Shown one piece after another: positions 1-8,803 of a stretch of DNA of 64,000 bases (positions are counted from its first letter, which is position 1; the number at the start of each line of letters is the position of its first letter). Origin of the DNA: Waddliaceae bacterium (GTDB taxonomy: Bacteria > Chlamydiota > Chlamydiia > Chlamydiales > Waddliaceae). A model generated the notes under the pieces. It did not search any database. It was not told the DNA's origin and saw only the letters and a program-made list of their open reading frames with translations. Location of the stretch: the NCBI GenBank assembly GCA_963724325.1, contig CAVRUH010000001.1:256001-320000 (forward strand), in the 5' to 3' direction. A program made the translations under genes and the position numbers.

Positions 1-1131
1 AGCATAGTTATGAGAATCTGGATGGCACTTCCCAGGTGCAATAAAGGATCCTCCGCCAAACGTAAAAATGCGAATCTTGTTTCTTTCACTGGACTTAAGT
101 AATTCAAGAGCATGTTCACTAATAATAGCTCCCTGGCTATGTGCAAATACAATGACAGGTGGATGAGAGCTCTGTTCGTCAGATTTTTTTAAAAGATACC
201 GGAAAAATTTTGCAGTCCACTGGACAATAGGTGTATCAATACCAAGCTTTAAAACAATACATGCAGCACCATCCTTCAATCCAAAAAAATCTGTATCATT
301 TGGCATTGAAAGAACCATTTCATTCTTCGCTGCTTTTGAAATCAATTCTGCCGATGCTAAAGCTTCACCTTTGGAATTACTTACCCCATTAATGAAAGCC
401 CAAATGCATTGATGGTTTGCTTCTTTCCCTAAGGTTCTAATAAGAGTATCAATTTGACCTTCTAAAGGAGGAAGCATGGCTTCATGCATTTTTATGTTCC
501 AAATGCAATGACTAGGCCTGGAACGGAGATGCACCGTATCATTTTTTCCATGGACAATCACAGCATCTAAGCGATGGGATAAAATCCAATTTATTGCTTC
601 TTCTTTGGATAGAACTACACTATCACCAATTAAATAAGTATCCTCTTGACCTTCTCCATTTTCAATTTTAGCAGTAATTTTGGGGAGAAGTGAGAGACTT
701 TCATTATTAGTAGAAGTATAATCGCAGAGTTTTTCAATCACCATAACAAGGCGATCGAACTCAAGTTTGTTGAGAGATTTGATTTTGCTTTCAGGAGAAA
801 CTTTAGCTAGAGAGGAAAGCTGATCAGCAAATGCATCTGAGGCATTAGGTTGATAGTGCTCTCCAATGGTTTTTAAGGTCGAATTAAAATATTTTTTCGA
901 TTGAAGCCAAGCTATCAATGCTTGTCGTCCCTCTTGAGGATGCGAAAAAATCGCATAACGACCGCAACTTCCTATCGAACCATTAGCGCGAGAAAAATGA
1001 CTATGACTACGTACTAATCCAGGATTATTGATCCGCCATGCCAAATTGCCACCTGAAGCGACATATTTATTCCCGCATGCGTCAAAATAAAAAATAATAT
1101 CATCATTAAATTTATAAGCGAATTTATACAT
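1..1131 (-). CDS. Multidomain protein, 3' end outside window: NNPG lysozyme-like domain + DUF3892-like domain + alpha/beta-hydrolase-like (DUF687-like) domain
   Basis: Not in the ORF track. Manual translation from ATG 1131 (MYKFAYKF) gives GGNLAWRINNPGLV...GRYAIFSHPQEGRQAL, then LSKEEAINWI...VHLRSRP, then AFINGVSN...VFAHSQGAII...IFTFGG in one frame. Confidence 0.8.
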   Translation of the reverse strand, partial: MYKFAYKFNDDIIFYFDACGNKYVASGGNLAWRINNPGLVRSHSHFSRANGSIGSCGRYAIFSHPQEGRQALIAWLQSKKYFNSTLKTIGEHYQPNASDAFADQLSSLAKVSPESKIKSLNKLEFDRLVMVIEKLCDYTSTNNESLSLLPKITAKIENGEGQEDTYLIGDSVVLSKEEAINWILSHRLDAVIVHGKNDTVHLRSRPSHCIWNIKMHEAMLPPLEGQIDTLIRTLGKEANHQCIWAFINGVSNSKGEALASAELISKAAKNEMVLSMPNDTDFFGLKDGAACIVLKLGIDTPIVQWTAKFFRYLLKKSDEQSSHPPVIVFAHSQGAIISEHALELLKSSERNKIRIFTFGGGSFIAPGKCHPDSHNYA

Positions 1132-1152
1132 ATTTTCCTGACTTTCTAACTT

Positions 1153-1446
1153 TCAAGGAATTGATTGAATGATACGGAAAATCCCTTCTGTTGTTGCACA
1201 ATTCAAATTTTGTTTGCCACCGGATGTTTCAATAGAAAGGGGGGTGACAATTTGTCCCCACCCTTCAGAAAGAGCAGGATCCCGCACTCTCATTTTTTTT
1301 ATATAGTCGGTAGAATTGGATGTATCTATCAAAGCTTCAACGATATCTTTAACAACAAACCACCATGCATCATTATGCAACACCCTTCGAATGTTTTTAC
1401 CTTTAAAAACTATCATATGGTGATTAGTGTCAATTTCCTTGCTCAT
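1153..1446 (-). pseudogene. Truncated BRO-N (phage antirepressor-like) DNA-binding protein
   Basis: IRRVLHNDAWWFVVKDIVEAL and GGKQNLNCATTEGIFRIIQSIP are typical BRO-N; it stops at QSIP, where family members normally continue (SPKAEPFK.W). Confidence 0.75.
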
Positions 1447-1658
1447 ATGCTTTCTTCCTTTGCAAATTGTTCTGGGAACAAAAGCTCTACAGCCGTCACT
1501 TTTCCTTCAGTTTCTTCTTCAATTTTTTTTGCAAGCTTACGACTGGGATGTTTAGTGCCGTGTAAGATCTGACCTAGGTGACCTCGGGAAATCCCCAATC
1601 TTTCTGCAAAGTCGACTTGGGTCATTCGCTTCTTAAACAGATATTCTCTAATGTTCAC
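1443..1658 (-). CDS. XRE/Cro-like helix-turn-helix regulator
   Basis: MTQVDFAERLGISRGHLGQILHGTKHPS HTH and Cro-like C-terminus IEEETEGKVTAVELL; 4-bp overlap with the BRO gene. Confidence 0.85.
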   Translation of the reverse strand: MNIREYLFKKRMTQVDFAERLGISRGHLGQILHGTKHPSRKLAKKIEEETEGKVTAVELLFPEQFAKEESI

Positions 1659-1926
1659 AGTGAAACCCGTTTTACCTTTTAAAAAGACCGAGAATAGCGT
1701 GCAATCATTTTAAATGCAAATGCTATCTTTTATCGTCCATTCAGAAATTCAAGGTTCTGTGGACCAATGGTGGACCAAATAGGGGTTCGTTCAGATTTCT
1801 TTTTTGGAATTCAATAAGTCTTTCAAACGACAAGTTATTGACACCTTCTCTCCATCTCATTTTGTTTTTTGTCTTATTCATTGAACAATAATATTTTGTC
1901 ATAGTTTGGAGTATAATGCAACTACA

Positions 1927-2058
1927 GGCCTTCGCTACCGCTACGGCGGGGACGTCGCCCAGCGCTACCGCGCTTCGTGCCTGACTTTACTAATAACATT
2001 TAAATGAAACACTATTCGAAGCGCAGTAGCGCTGGGCAACACTCCTGCCTGTCGGAAG
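1927..2058. repeat. GC-rich imperfect inverted repeat (REP-like) in AT-rich intergenic DNA
   Basis: gtcgcccagcgctaccgcgcttcg (~1954-1977) pairs with cgaagcgcagtagcgctgggcaac (~2017-2040); degenerate pairing extends outward. Confidence 0.75.
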
Positions 2059-2235
2059 CTCTGAGGCTAGAATCTTCCGTGTTGAACGCATATTGAAGCC
2101 AAAGACCCTCAGGACTCCCATTTTAACTATAAAGTAATTCCTAATGCAGGACCTGTCCCTTTCTATTTTGTATTTCTCTTTATTCTCTGAAAATGTTACC
2201 TTTTTCTTGTGTGACATCGGATTTTAAGGGTATTA

Positions 2236-3087
2236 ATGAAAAATAACAAAAAGACAATTCTTATCACGGGTGCTGGACAAGGAATTGGCCAAGCAATGGC
2301 TTACCGTTTTGCATCTGAAGGATCCAATATTGTTATTGCATCGAAAGATGATGCGATTCAAATTCAAGAAACAGTAGCTGAAGTTATTGCAATGGGGGGA
2401 CAGGCTTTAGCATGCGATGTTGATGTTCGCGACTGCGATCAATTAAAGGACCTAGTCTCTCAAACTATTGCAAATTTTGGCGGGATTGATATCCTAATCA
2501 ATAATACCAGCGCTCCTTGTTTTAATGACACCTTTCATACATCACCAGAACAATTTGATCTCATTATTTCAACGAGTGTGCGGGCTACTTTTTTTCTTTC
2601 TCAAACTTGTTTTCCTTATTTAAGAGAGAGCGTAAATCCTCACATAATAAATATAGCTCCTCCGCTAAATCTCGAAGAACAATGGTTAAAAGATCACTTG
2701 CCATTTTCTTTGGGTAAATATGGAATGAGCTTATGCACAAGAGGAATGGCCGCCATGTTTCTTCCAGCTGGCATTGCTGTTAATTCTCTTTGGCCTCAAA
2801 CAAATATTGCTACCCAAAGGCTCAAAGATCATCTTTCTCCACAAGTTTATGCTGGAAGTCGTTGGCCTTCGATCATGGCGGATGCTGCTTATACCCTTTC
2901 ACTTCGCACAGTTCAGCAAGCTTCAGGTCAATTCTTTATCGATGAAGTTTTACTACGCGAGACAGGCATTGAAGATTTTGCGCATTATGCGATAAATCCA
3001 GACCACCCACTTGTGCAAACATTATTTCTACCCCTTAGGGATGGTATGATCCCAATTTCTCGCGAGATGTTTCGGTTTAAAAAATAA
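2236..3087 (+). CDS. Short-chain dehydrogenase/reductase (HSDL2-like)
   Basis: TGAGQGIG Rossmann motif, NPHIINIAPPLN, KYGMS, IAVNSLWP, SGQFFIDE. Confidence 0.85.
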   Translation: MKNNKKTILITGAGQGIGQAMAYRFASEGSNIVIASKDDAIQIQETVAEVIAMGGQALACDVDVRDCDQLKDLVSQTIANFGGIDILINNTSAPCFNDTFHTSPEQFDLIISTSVRATFFLSQTCFPYLRESVNPHIINIAPPLNLEEQWLKDHLPFSLGKYGMSLCTRGMAAMFLPAGIAVNSLWPQTNIATQRLKDHLSPQVYAGSRWPSIMADAAYTLSLRTVQQASGQFFIDEVLLRETGIEDFAHYAINPDHPLVQTLFLPLRDGMIPISREMFRFKK

Positions 3088-3112
3088 TTATGAAACGGGC
3101 CTCACTCTTTCA

Positions 3113-3156
3113 TTGACAAAAAATAGAACAATGTTCTAAAATGGAGTTATGTTCTA
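3113..3156 (+). promoter_or_regulatory. Housekeeping-sigma promoter overlapped by a palindromic putative TetR operator
   Basis: TTGACA 3113-3118, 18-bp spacer, TAAAAT 3137-3142; perfect palindrome TAGAACA-A-TGTTCTA 3124-3138 and an extra half-site TGTTCTA 3150-3156. Confidence 0.7.
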
Positions 3157-3170
3157 ATTTTGAGGTATTT

Positions 3171-3767
3171 ATGGGTATTAATGAAAGAAAAATCCGTGAA
3201 AAGGAAAACCTTCGAAAACTCATCGTGGCTAATGCCCACGAGATTTTAATGAAGCGTGGGTTAGACGGTCTCACTATGAGATCTATTGCCGATCACATTG
3301 AATATAGTCAATCGAAGATATACGAGTTTTTTGCAAGCAAGGATGAATTATGTGAAGTTCTTTGCAAAGAACATTGTGAAAAACTTTTAGGGCTTTTACA
3401 AAAAATTTTAGATAAAAAGGATCCAGAAAAGTATTTAACAAACTTAATTCTAAAAACCATGGAATTTCACGGTTCACACCCTCATTCAGATACTCTATTA
3501 ACACTAGTGTGTTTCGGGCCGCAACGCTTTAAAATTCCCGAAGCTTTTTTAGAAATCGAACAATTATATGTTTATGCTCTTAAAAATTTAAAAAGTCCTT
3601 ACCTGAAGACAGAAAATGATATGCTCGCCTCTTTAGATATTCTCCGTAGTATATTCATAGGAGTTTCAAATTTAATGGTATCGGAAACTTCATTAAAAGG
3701 TAAAACAAGAGGATTGGAAATAACTGAAAATGCTTTAAAGGTTTTATTAAGAGGTTGGAGAAAATAA
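3171..3767 (+). CDS. TetR/AcrR family transcriptional regulator
   Basis: GLDGLTMRSIADHIEYSQSKIYEFFASKDEL HTH; ATG 3171 preceded by GAGG. Confidence 0.9.
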   Translation: MGINERKIREKENLRKLIVANAHEILMKRGLDGLTMRSIADHIEYSQSKIYEFFASKDELCEVLCKEHCEKLLGLLQKILDKKDPEKYLTNLILKTMEFHGSHPHSDTLLTLVCFGPQRFKIPEAFLEIEQLYVYALKNLKSPYLKTENDMLASLDILRSIFIGVSNLMVSETSLKGKTRGLEITENALKVLLRGWRK

Positions 3768-3813
3768 AAAAAATAAATTAGAATTAAATCAATTTAAAAT
3801 GAGGATAAAAAAA

Positions 3814-4521
3814 ATGGATATATTTAATCGTAAAATTTCATATAAAATAGTATGTGTACTTAGTTTTTTATTACTTTCGTTGTATTCTTCAGTAGGGTAT
3901 GCGGCAGGTATGAATTATGCAGAAGAAGAGTTCGAAAAAGCATGGAATAATGCTAATTACACACAAATTAAACTTGATGATATCAATATCAATAAAGTTC
4001 TCGATGAGCATTATGAAACTCTAATTCCCGTAAATTTTACTCGACAAATGTTGTGGGATATGGAAACCAAAAAAGCATGGGATCCTAAAACTTACATTCC
4101 CTATGTTGTGAGAGATGGGCAATCATGGGGAAGAGAATTGTTAGAAAATGGAGATGAGGTTCTTGTTAGGTCATCTCAACAAAAGCAATGGCTTAATGGA
4201 GAGGTATACGAAGAAGTTTTTGAAGAGGTATATTTAAATCATAAAGATCAAATAGCAACTTTTATTGGGACTCAAAATTTAAGAGATAGCTTTGGCGAAT
4301 CTCTTCATTTGGAAAATCAACAACCTCTTTTTTATATTCAACATTCTGTTGGGGGTGAGGAAAGCAATCCTCTTAACGTGTGGCGTATTGTTCATCTCAC
4401 CGAAGGGAAAGATTTGCAACTTATAGAACACTTTAAAAAACTCAAAGACCCGACAAAGTTGCCAGGTTTTGTTGAAATATATATCGAGAACGATTTACAG
4501 ATCCCCTTATCACACAAATGA
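3814..4521 (+). CDS. Exported hypothetical protein (possible SRPBCC/AtaL-like fold)
   Basis: Signal peptide ending VGYA; FTRQMLWDMETKKAWDPKTYIP loosely resembles the DUF1857/AtaL N-terminus. Confidence 0.6.
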   Translation: MDIFNRKISYKIVCVLSFLLLSLYSSVGYAAGMNYAEEEFEKAWNNANYTQIKLDDININKVLDEHYETLIPVNFTRQMLWDMETKKAWDPKTYIPYVVRDGQSWGRELLENGDEVLVRSSQQKQWLNGEVYEEVFEEVYLNHKDQIATFIGTQNLRDSFGESLHLENQQPLFYIQHSVGGEESNPLNVWRIVHLTEGKDLQLIEHFKKLKDPTKLPGFVEIYIENDLQIPLSHK

Positions 4522-4650
4522 AAAGGGGAACAGATTGACCGTACATCCGAATGGGATATGCTTCTTCCTTTAAATAAAGCTGGAATGGTTCGTTATGTGG
4601 GTTCGTAACTGCTCGCAGTAATCTGTACAAATCTGATGTTTTCTATTCAT

Positions 4651-5006
4651 ATGAGTAGATTTGTAAATATAGTAGAAGCTGCAAGACTGCTTGGAATTTC
4701 AATTCAGTCCATGAAGTGTTAGGAAGTACTTGGTGAAATTATTCAGGAGCTTAAAGCGACGGGAAAGACTCTTTATTATAATGTAGACAAGTTTTGGGCT
4801 TGAAAAATATTGAAAGTCATGGCATAACCGCTTATGCGCATGTTGCAAGTCATGATCAGAAGGAAGATTTAGGATGGCAAGCTAAAATGCTTGCAGCCTA
4901 TTGCACTGTCCATGGCTGGAAACATGAAGTAGTTCAAGATCTCGTTTCGGTAATAAATTACCGGAAAAAGGGTTTAAAAAGGCTTTTAGAGTATATTGTG
5001 GAATAG
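4651..5006 (+). pseudogene. tnpA: IS607 TnpA serine recombinase, inactivated
   Basis: MSRFVNIVEAARLLGISIQS MerR-like HTH, in-frame TAG ~4720, AYAHVASHDQKEDL (degenerate YARVSS), SVINYRKKGLKRLL, then truncated. Confidence 0.8.
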
Positions 5007-5010
5007 GTGA

Positions 5011-6195
5011 ATGAAAACAGTCATTCGAACACATAAAATCCAAATGGATCCCATATGCAAACAACATGTCTATTTTGCCAAGGCCTGCGGGGTGTCGCGG
5101 TTTACATGGAATTGGGCATTATCGAAATGGGAAGAGAGCTACAAGTCAGGCAAGAAAGTTAACGCATTTCGAACTTAAAAAAGAATTTAATCAGTTAAAG
5201 AAACAAGAATTTCCCTGGATCTATGAAGTGACAAAGTATGCAAGCCAGCAGCCTTTCATCCATCTTCAAAGAGCCTTTCAGGGGTTTTTTAATAAGAAAA
5301 CAAAATACCCAAAATATAAAAAGAAAGGAATGCACGATAGCTTTTACATTGGAGGAGATCAAGTCAGAGTCGAAGGAAAGTATGTAAAGATTCCAAACCT
5401 TGGATGGGTTCGGTTGAGGGAGGCTTTACGATTCGAAGGGAAAATCAATGGTGTAACGATTTCCCATAAAGCAAATCGTTGGTTCATCAGCGTACATGTC
5501 GAGACAAATCAACTTCCTGCAGCTTGCGAAAACCAAGCAGTTGTTGGAGTGGATTTGGGAATTAAGACATTTGCCACACTTTCAAATGGTCAAACGATAG
5601 CAAACACCATCCATTGAAGAAGAAAACTTGGTAAATTACGAAGACTTCAACGAAAGCTTTCTCGAAGAAACAAAGGTTCTAAAAATCGTCTAAAGGCAAA
5701 AACGTGCAGTGGCAAATATGCACTATAAAATTGCCAATGCCAGAAATGATTTTTTGCATAAATTGACTACACGCATTGACAGAGGAATATAAACACATAG
5801 TCATTGAAGATCTAGATATTTCCGAAATGGTACAACACAAAGGAATGTCACGAGCGATCATGGATTGTGGTTTTTATGAATTTCGAAGGCAGCTAAGCTA
5901 TAAAGCCGAACTTAGAGGCAATAAAATATTTATTGCGGACAAGCTGGTATGCCTCATCAAAACGATGTTCTGGATGTGGGCACTGTAAAAAAGAGCTTAC
6001 CTTCAGATAGAACATACATTGCATGAATGTGACTTAGAAATGGATCGCGATCATAATGCAGCAATATGCCTAGAACAATTACTTAGTACGGTAAGCTCTA
6101 CCGGAATTGACGCCTGTGGACAAGACGGCTCTGTAGTGATGCTTAAAACATCACAACAACCAGCTTGGTCGAAGCAGGAACTAAGCCCTGTATAG
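5011..6195 (+). pseudogene. tnpB: TnpB RNA-guided endonuclease, multiply frameshifted
   Basis: Pieces in different frames: YFAKACGVSRFTWNWAL, VVGVDLGIKTFATLSNG (RuvC-I), IVIEDL (RuvC-II), SSKRCSGCG, MDRDHNAA (RuvC-III). Confidence 0.9.
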
Positions 6196-6240
6196 AAATG
6201 TACAGATTTTAGAGAGCGGTGTTTTCACTAGTTTGTATTG
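6085..6240 (+). ncRNA. Putative TnpB omegaRNA (reRNA) scaffold plus flank-derived guide
   Basis: Overlaps the tnpB 3' end and element right end; hairpins gtgatg..catcac and ctgtata-gaaa-tgtacag. Inferred from known TnpB architecture. Confidence 0.5.
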
Positions 6241-6370
6241 ATATCAAAACGTTGTAAATTTCTAATTTTCAGCAAGAAGTGCATTGAACTTGACATTAAT
6301 ATTAAATTTTTATATTTATAATATATTAGTTGAATATATTAATTTAAGTGTCTAATGTTAATGGAGTAAG

Positions 6371-7360
6371 ATGTTGAACACAAAGAAACAAGTTGTCGTT
6401 GTTACAGGGGCTTCCGCTGGGGTAGGTCGAGCTGCAGCTCTTGCGTTCGGAAAATTGGGAATGCATGTAGGACTGCTTTCTCGCAACAAGGAACGATTAG
6501 AAAGCCTTAAAATTGAAATTGAAAATTTAGGCGGGAAAGCCCATATAGTCATAGCAGATGTTTCGAATCCAGAAGAAGTTGATAAAGCAGTTCAGAATAT
6601 TGAAGATAATTTAGGCCCTATAGATATTTGGGTAAATAACGCAATGACTTCAGTATTTTGCTTTTTTCACGATATACCTCCTCAAGAATTCAAACGAGTC
6701 ACAGAAGTAACCTATTTGGGTTTTGTTTACTGTACCCAAGCTGTACTAAAAAGAATGCTCATTCGAAACAAGGGAATCATCATCCAAGTAGGATCCGCTT
6801 TAGCTTTTCGTGGAATTCCTTTGCAATCGGCTTATTGCGGCGCAAAACATGCTATAAAGGGTTTTACTGAATCATTACGCTCTGAATTATTGCACGTAAA
6901 AAGTCATGTGAAAATCACTGAAGTTAACATGCCTGCTTTGAATACCCCTCAATTTAATTGGGTGAAAAGCTATCTTCCGCGAAAACCCCAACCCGTTCCT
7001 CCTATTTATCAGCCCGAAGTGGCAGCAAATGCTATCGTCCATGCTGCTTTTCATTATAGACCTTCTTGGTATGTAGGTTTAAGCACTTTAATTACTGTCT
7101 GGGGGAATAGAATTGCTCCTTGGTTTGCTGATTGGTATTTAGCTAAATCAGGAGTGAGTTCGCAACAATATAATGGAACTGCGGATGCTAATTTACCGAA
7201 TAATCTTTTTAAAAGCGTTGATGGACCATTTGGAGCACATGGAGACTTTGATAAAAGAGCTCATTTTCATAGCCCTTATTTATGGATGAGTCAACATCGG
7301 AAGTTTATTATTTTAGCAGTTTTTATTATCATTTTTTGGTATGTCACATCAGGAGGCTAA
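6371..7360 (+). CDS. SDR family oxidoreductase with C-terminal membrane anchor
   Basis: TGASAGVG, IDIWVNNA, YCGAK catalytic motif; hydrophobic C-terminal tail. Confidence 0.9.
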   Translation: MLNTKKQVVVVTGASAGVGRAAALAFGKLGMHVGLLSRNKERLESLKIEIENLGGKAHIVIADVSNPEEVDKAVQNIEDNLGPIDIWVNNAMTSVFCFFHDIPPQEFKRVTEVTYLGFVYCTQAVLKRMLIRNKGIIIQVGSALAFRGIPLQSAYCGAKHAIKGFTESLRSELLHVKSHVKITEVNMPALNTPQFNWVKSYLPRKPQPVPPIYQPEVAANAIVHAAFHYRPSWYVGLSTLITVWGNRIAPWFADWYLAKSGVSSQQYNGTADANLPNNLFKSVDGPFGAHGDFDKRAHFHSPYLWMSQHRKFIILAVFIIIFWYVTSGG

Positions 7361-8803
7361 ATGAAACAGGTTAGTTTTAAATGCGATTTAACTAAACCTT
7401 CATCCCCCTTCCCGCATTTTTGGGAACATACTGTGGGAAGTTGCCATGCAACTTTAGCTTTAAGGGCAGATTGGCAGAAACAAATGACATCTTGCCATAA
7501 AGAACTTGGATTCAAATATGTACGATTTCACGGAATACTTTCCGATGATATGAGTACATATGAATATGAAATTAAAGAACCTATTTATTCTTTTTTTAAT
7601 TCGGATCAAATTTTTGACTTTTTGTTATCCATCGGGATGCGGCCTTTTATTGAATTATCATTTATGCCTGCAAATCTTTCTTCCGGGAACGATACAGTTT
7701 TTCATTATAAAGGAAATATTACTCCTCCTTCAAACTATGATGCATGGGGGGAGTTAATCTTAAAGATTGTAGAGCATTGGGTTCAAAGGTATGGTAAGAA
7801 TGAAGTAAGGAAATGGTTTTTTGAGGTTTGGAATGAGCCCAATCTAAAAGCATTTTGGAAAGGGAGGCAAAAGGATTATTTTAAACTTTATCAATATACC
7901 GCTAAAGCAATCAAATCTGTTGATAATAAGCTGAAAGTTGGGGGGCCGGCAACAGCCAAGAATGCATGGATAACATCATTCTTAGAGTTCTGTAAAAAAG
8001 AAACTGTCCCCGTTGACTTTATTTCAACCCATCATTATCCAACGGATGCTTTAGGGAGCATAAAAGATAATACGGTTTTACAATTAGCTAAGAGTAAACG
8101 ACATATTCTAAGGCAGGAGGCGAAAGAGGTAAAAAGTAAAGCTCAAGGCAAGCCCATTTATTATACTGAATGGAATTCTTCCTCGAATCCCTTCGATGAA
8201 TTGCATGACCATTCTTTTGCTGCGGCCTATATTGTAAAAACTATTATGGAAGCCCAAGGATTGGTGGAGGGCTATAGTTATTGGACATTTTCTGATATTT
8301 TCGAGGAAAATTATTTTTCATCCATACCTTTTCATGGCGGATTTGGATTGATGAATATTTATGGTATTCCAAAACCCTCTTATCGAGCATATGAATTATT
8401 ACACCATATTGGAACAGAATCACTTCTTGTTGAAGGAACTCATAAAACATTAGATGTCTGGATCACCCGAAAAAATAGACAAATTTTTGTTTTAATTACA
8501 AATAGTGCATTGCCAAAACATCCAATTAAAACAGAAACTGCAAAAATAACTATTAAAGGAATAAAAAACCTTAAGAGAACATATTTGCAAAGAATTGATG
8601 ATAATCATGCCAATGCAACTCGTGCCTGGATTAATTCGGGAAAACAGGGAAGTTTATCTAAAGAGATGGTGAAGGAACTAACTCTGAAATCTAAACTTAT
8701 TAAAGAATCTATTCCAATAAAACTTAAAGGCTCTATTGCAATCTTTGAAATTGTTATACCACCCCAGGCAGTAGCTTGTATTACTTTGGAGATTGATGAT
8801 TAA
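7361..8803 (+). CDS. xynB: GH39 beta-xylosidase
   Basis: GFKYVRFHG, FIELSFMP, FEVWNEPN (acid/base), YYTEWN (nucleophile), YWTFSDIFEE, FHGGFGL. Confidence 0.92.
   Translation: MKQVSFKCDLTKPSSPFPHFWEHTVGSCHATLALRADWQKQMTSCHKELGFKYVRFHGILSDDMSTYEYEIKEPIYSFFNSDQIFDFLLSIGMRPFIELSFMPANLSSGNDTVFHYKGNITPPSNYDAWGELILKIVEHWVQRYGKNEVRKWFFEVWNEPNLKAFWKGRQKDYFKLYQYTAKAIKSVDNKLKVGGPATAKNAWITSFLEFCKKETVPVDFISTHHYPTDALGSIKDNTVLQLAKSKRHILRQEAKEVKSKAQGKPIYYTEWNSSSNPFDELHDHSFAAAYIVKTIMEAQGLVEGYSYWTFSDIFEENYFSSIPFHGGFGLMNIYGIPKPSYRAYELLHHIGTESLLVEGTHKTLDVWITRKNRQIFVLITNSALPKHPIKTETAKITIKGIKNLKRTYLQRIDDNHANATRAWINSGKQGSLSKEMVKELTLKSKLIKESIPIKLKGSIAIFEIVIPPQAVACITLEIDD

Larger units (their letters stand above)
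4600..6219 (+). mobile_element. Degenerate IS607-family element (tnpA serine recombinase + tnpB)
   Basis: tnpA and tnpB remnants; subterminal imperfect inverted repeat ctgctcgcagtaatctgtaca (4609-4629) / tgtacagattttagagagcgg (6199-6219); GG at both inferred boundaries. Confidence 0.8.

Noticed and set aside
1927..2058. Possible tRNA at the island boundary
   Set aside because: No cloverleaf, TTC loop or CCA end recognisable; it is a simple inverted repeat.
1990..2217. 75-aa minus-strand ORF
   Set aside because: Runs through the inverted repeat and the likely SDR promoter region; no motifs.
4602..4650. Group I intron (IStron) at the IS607 left end
   Set aside because: Only about 50 bp lie between the inferred end and tnpA, too short for a ribozyme core.
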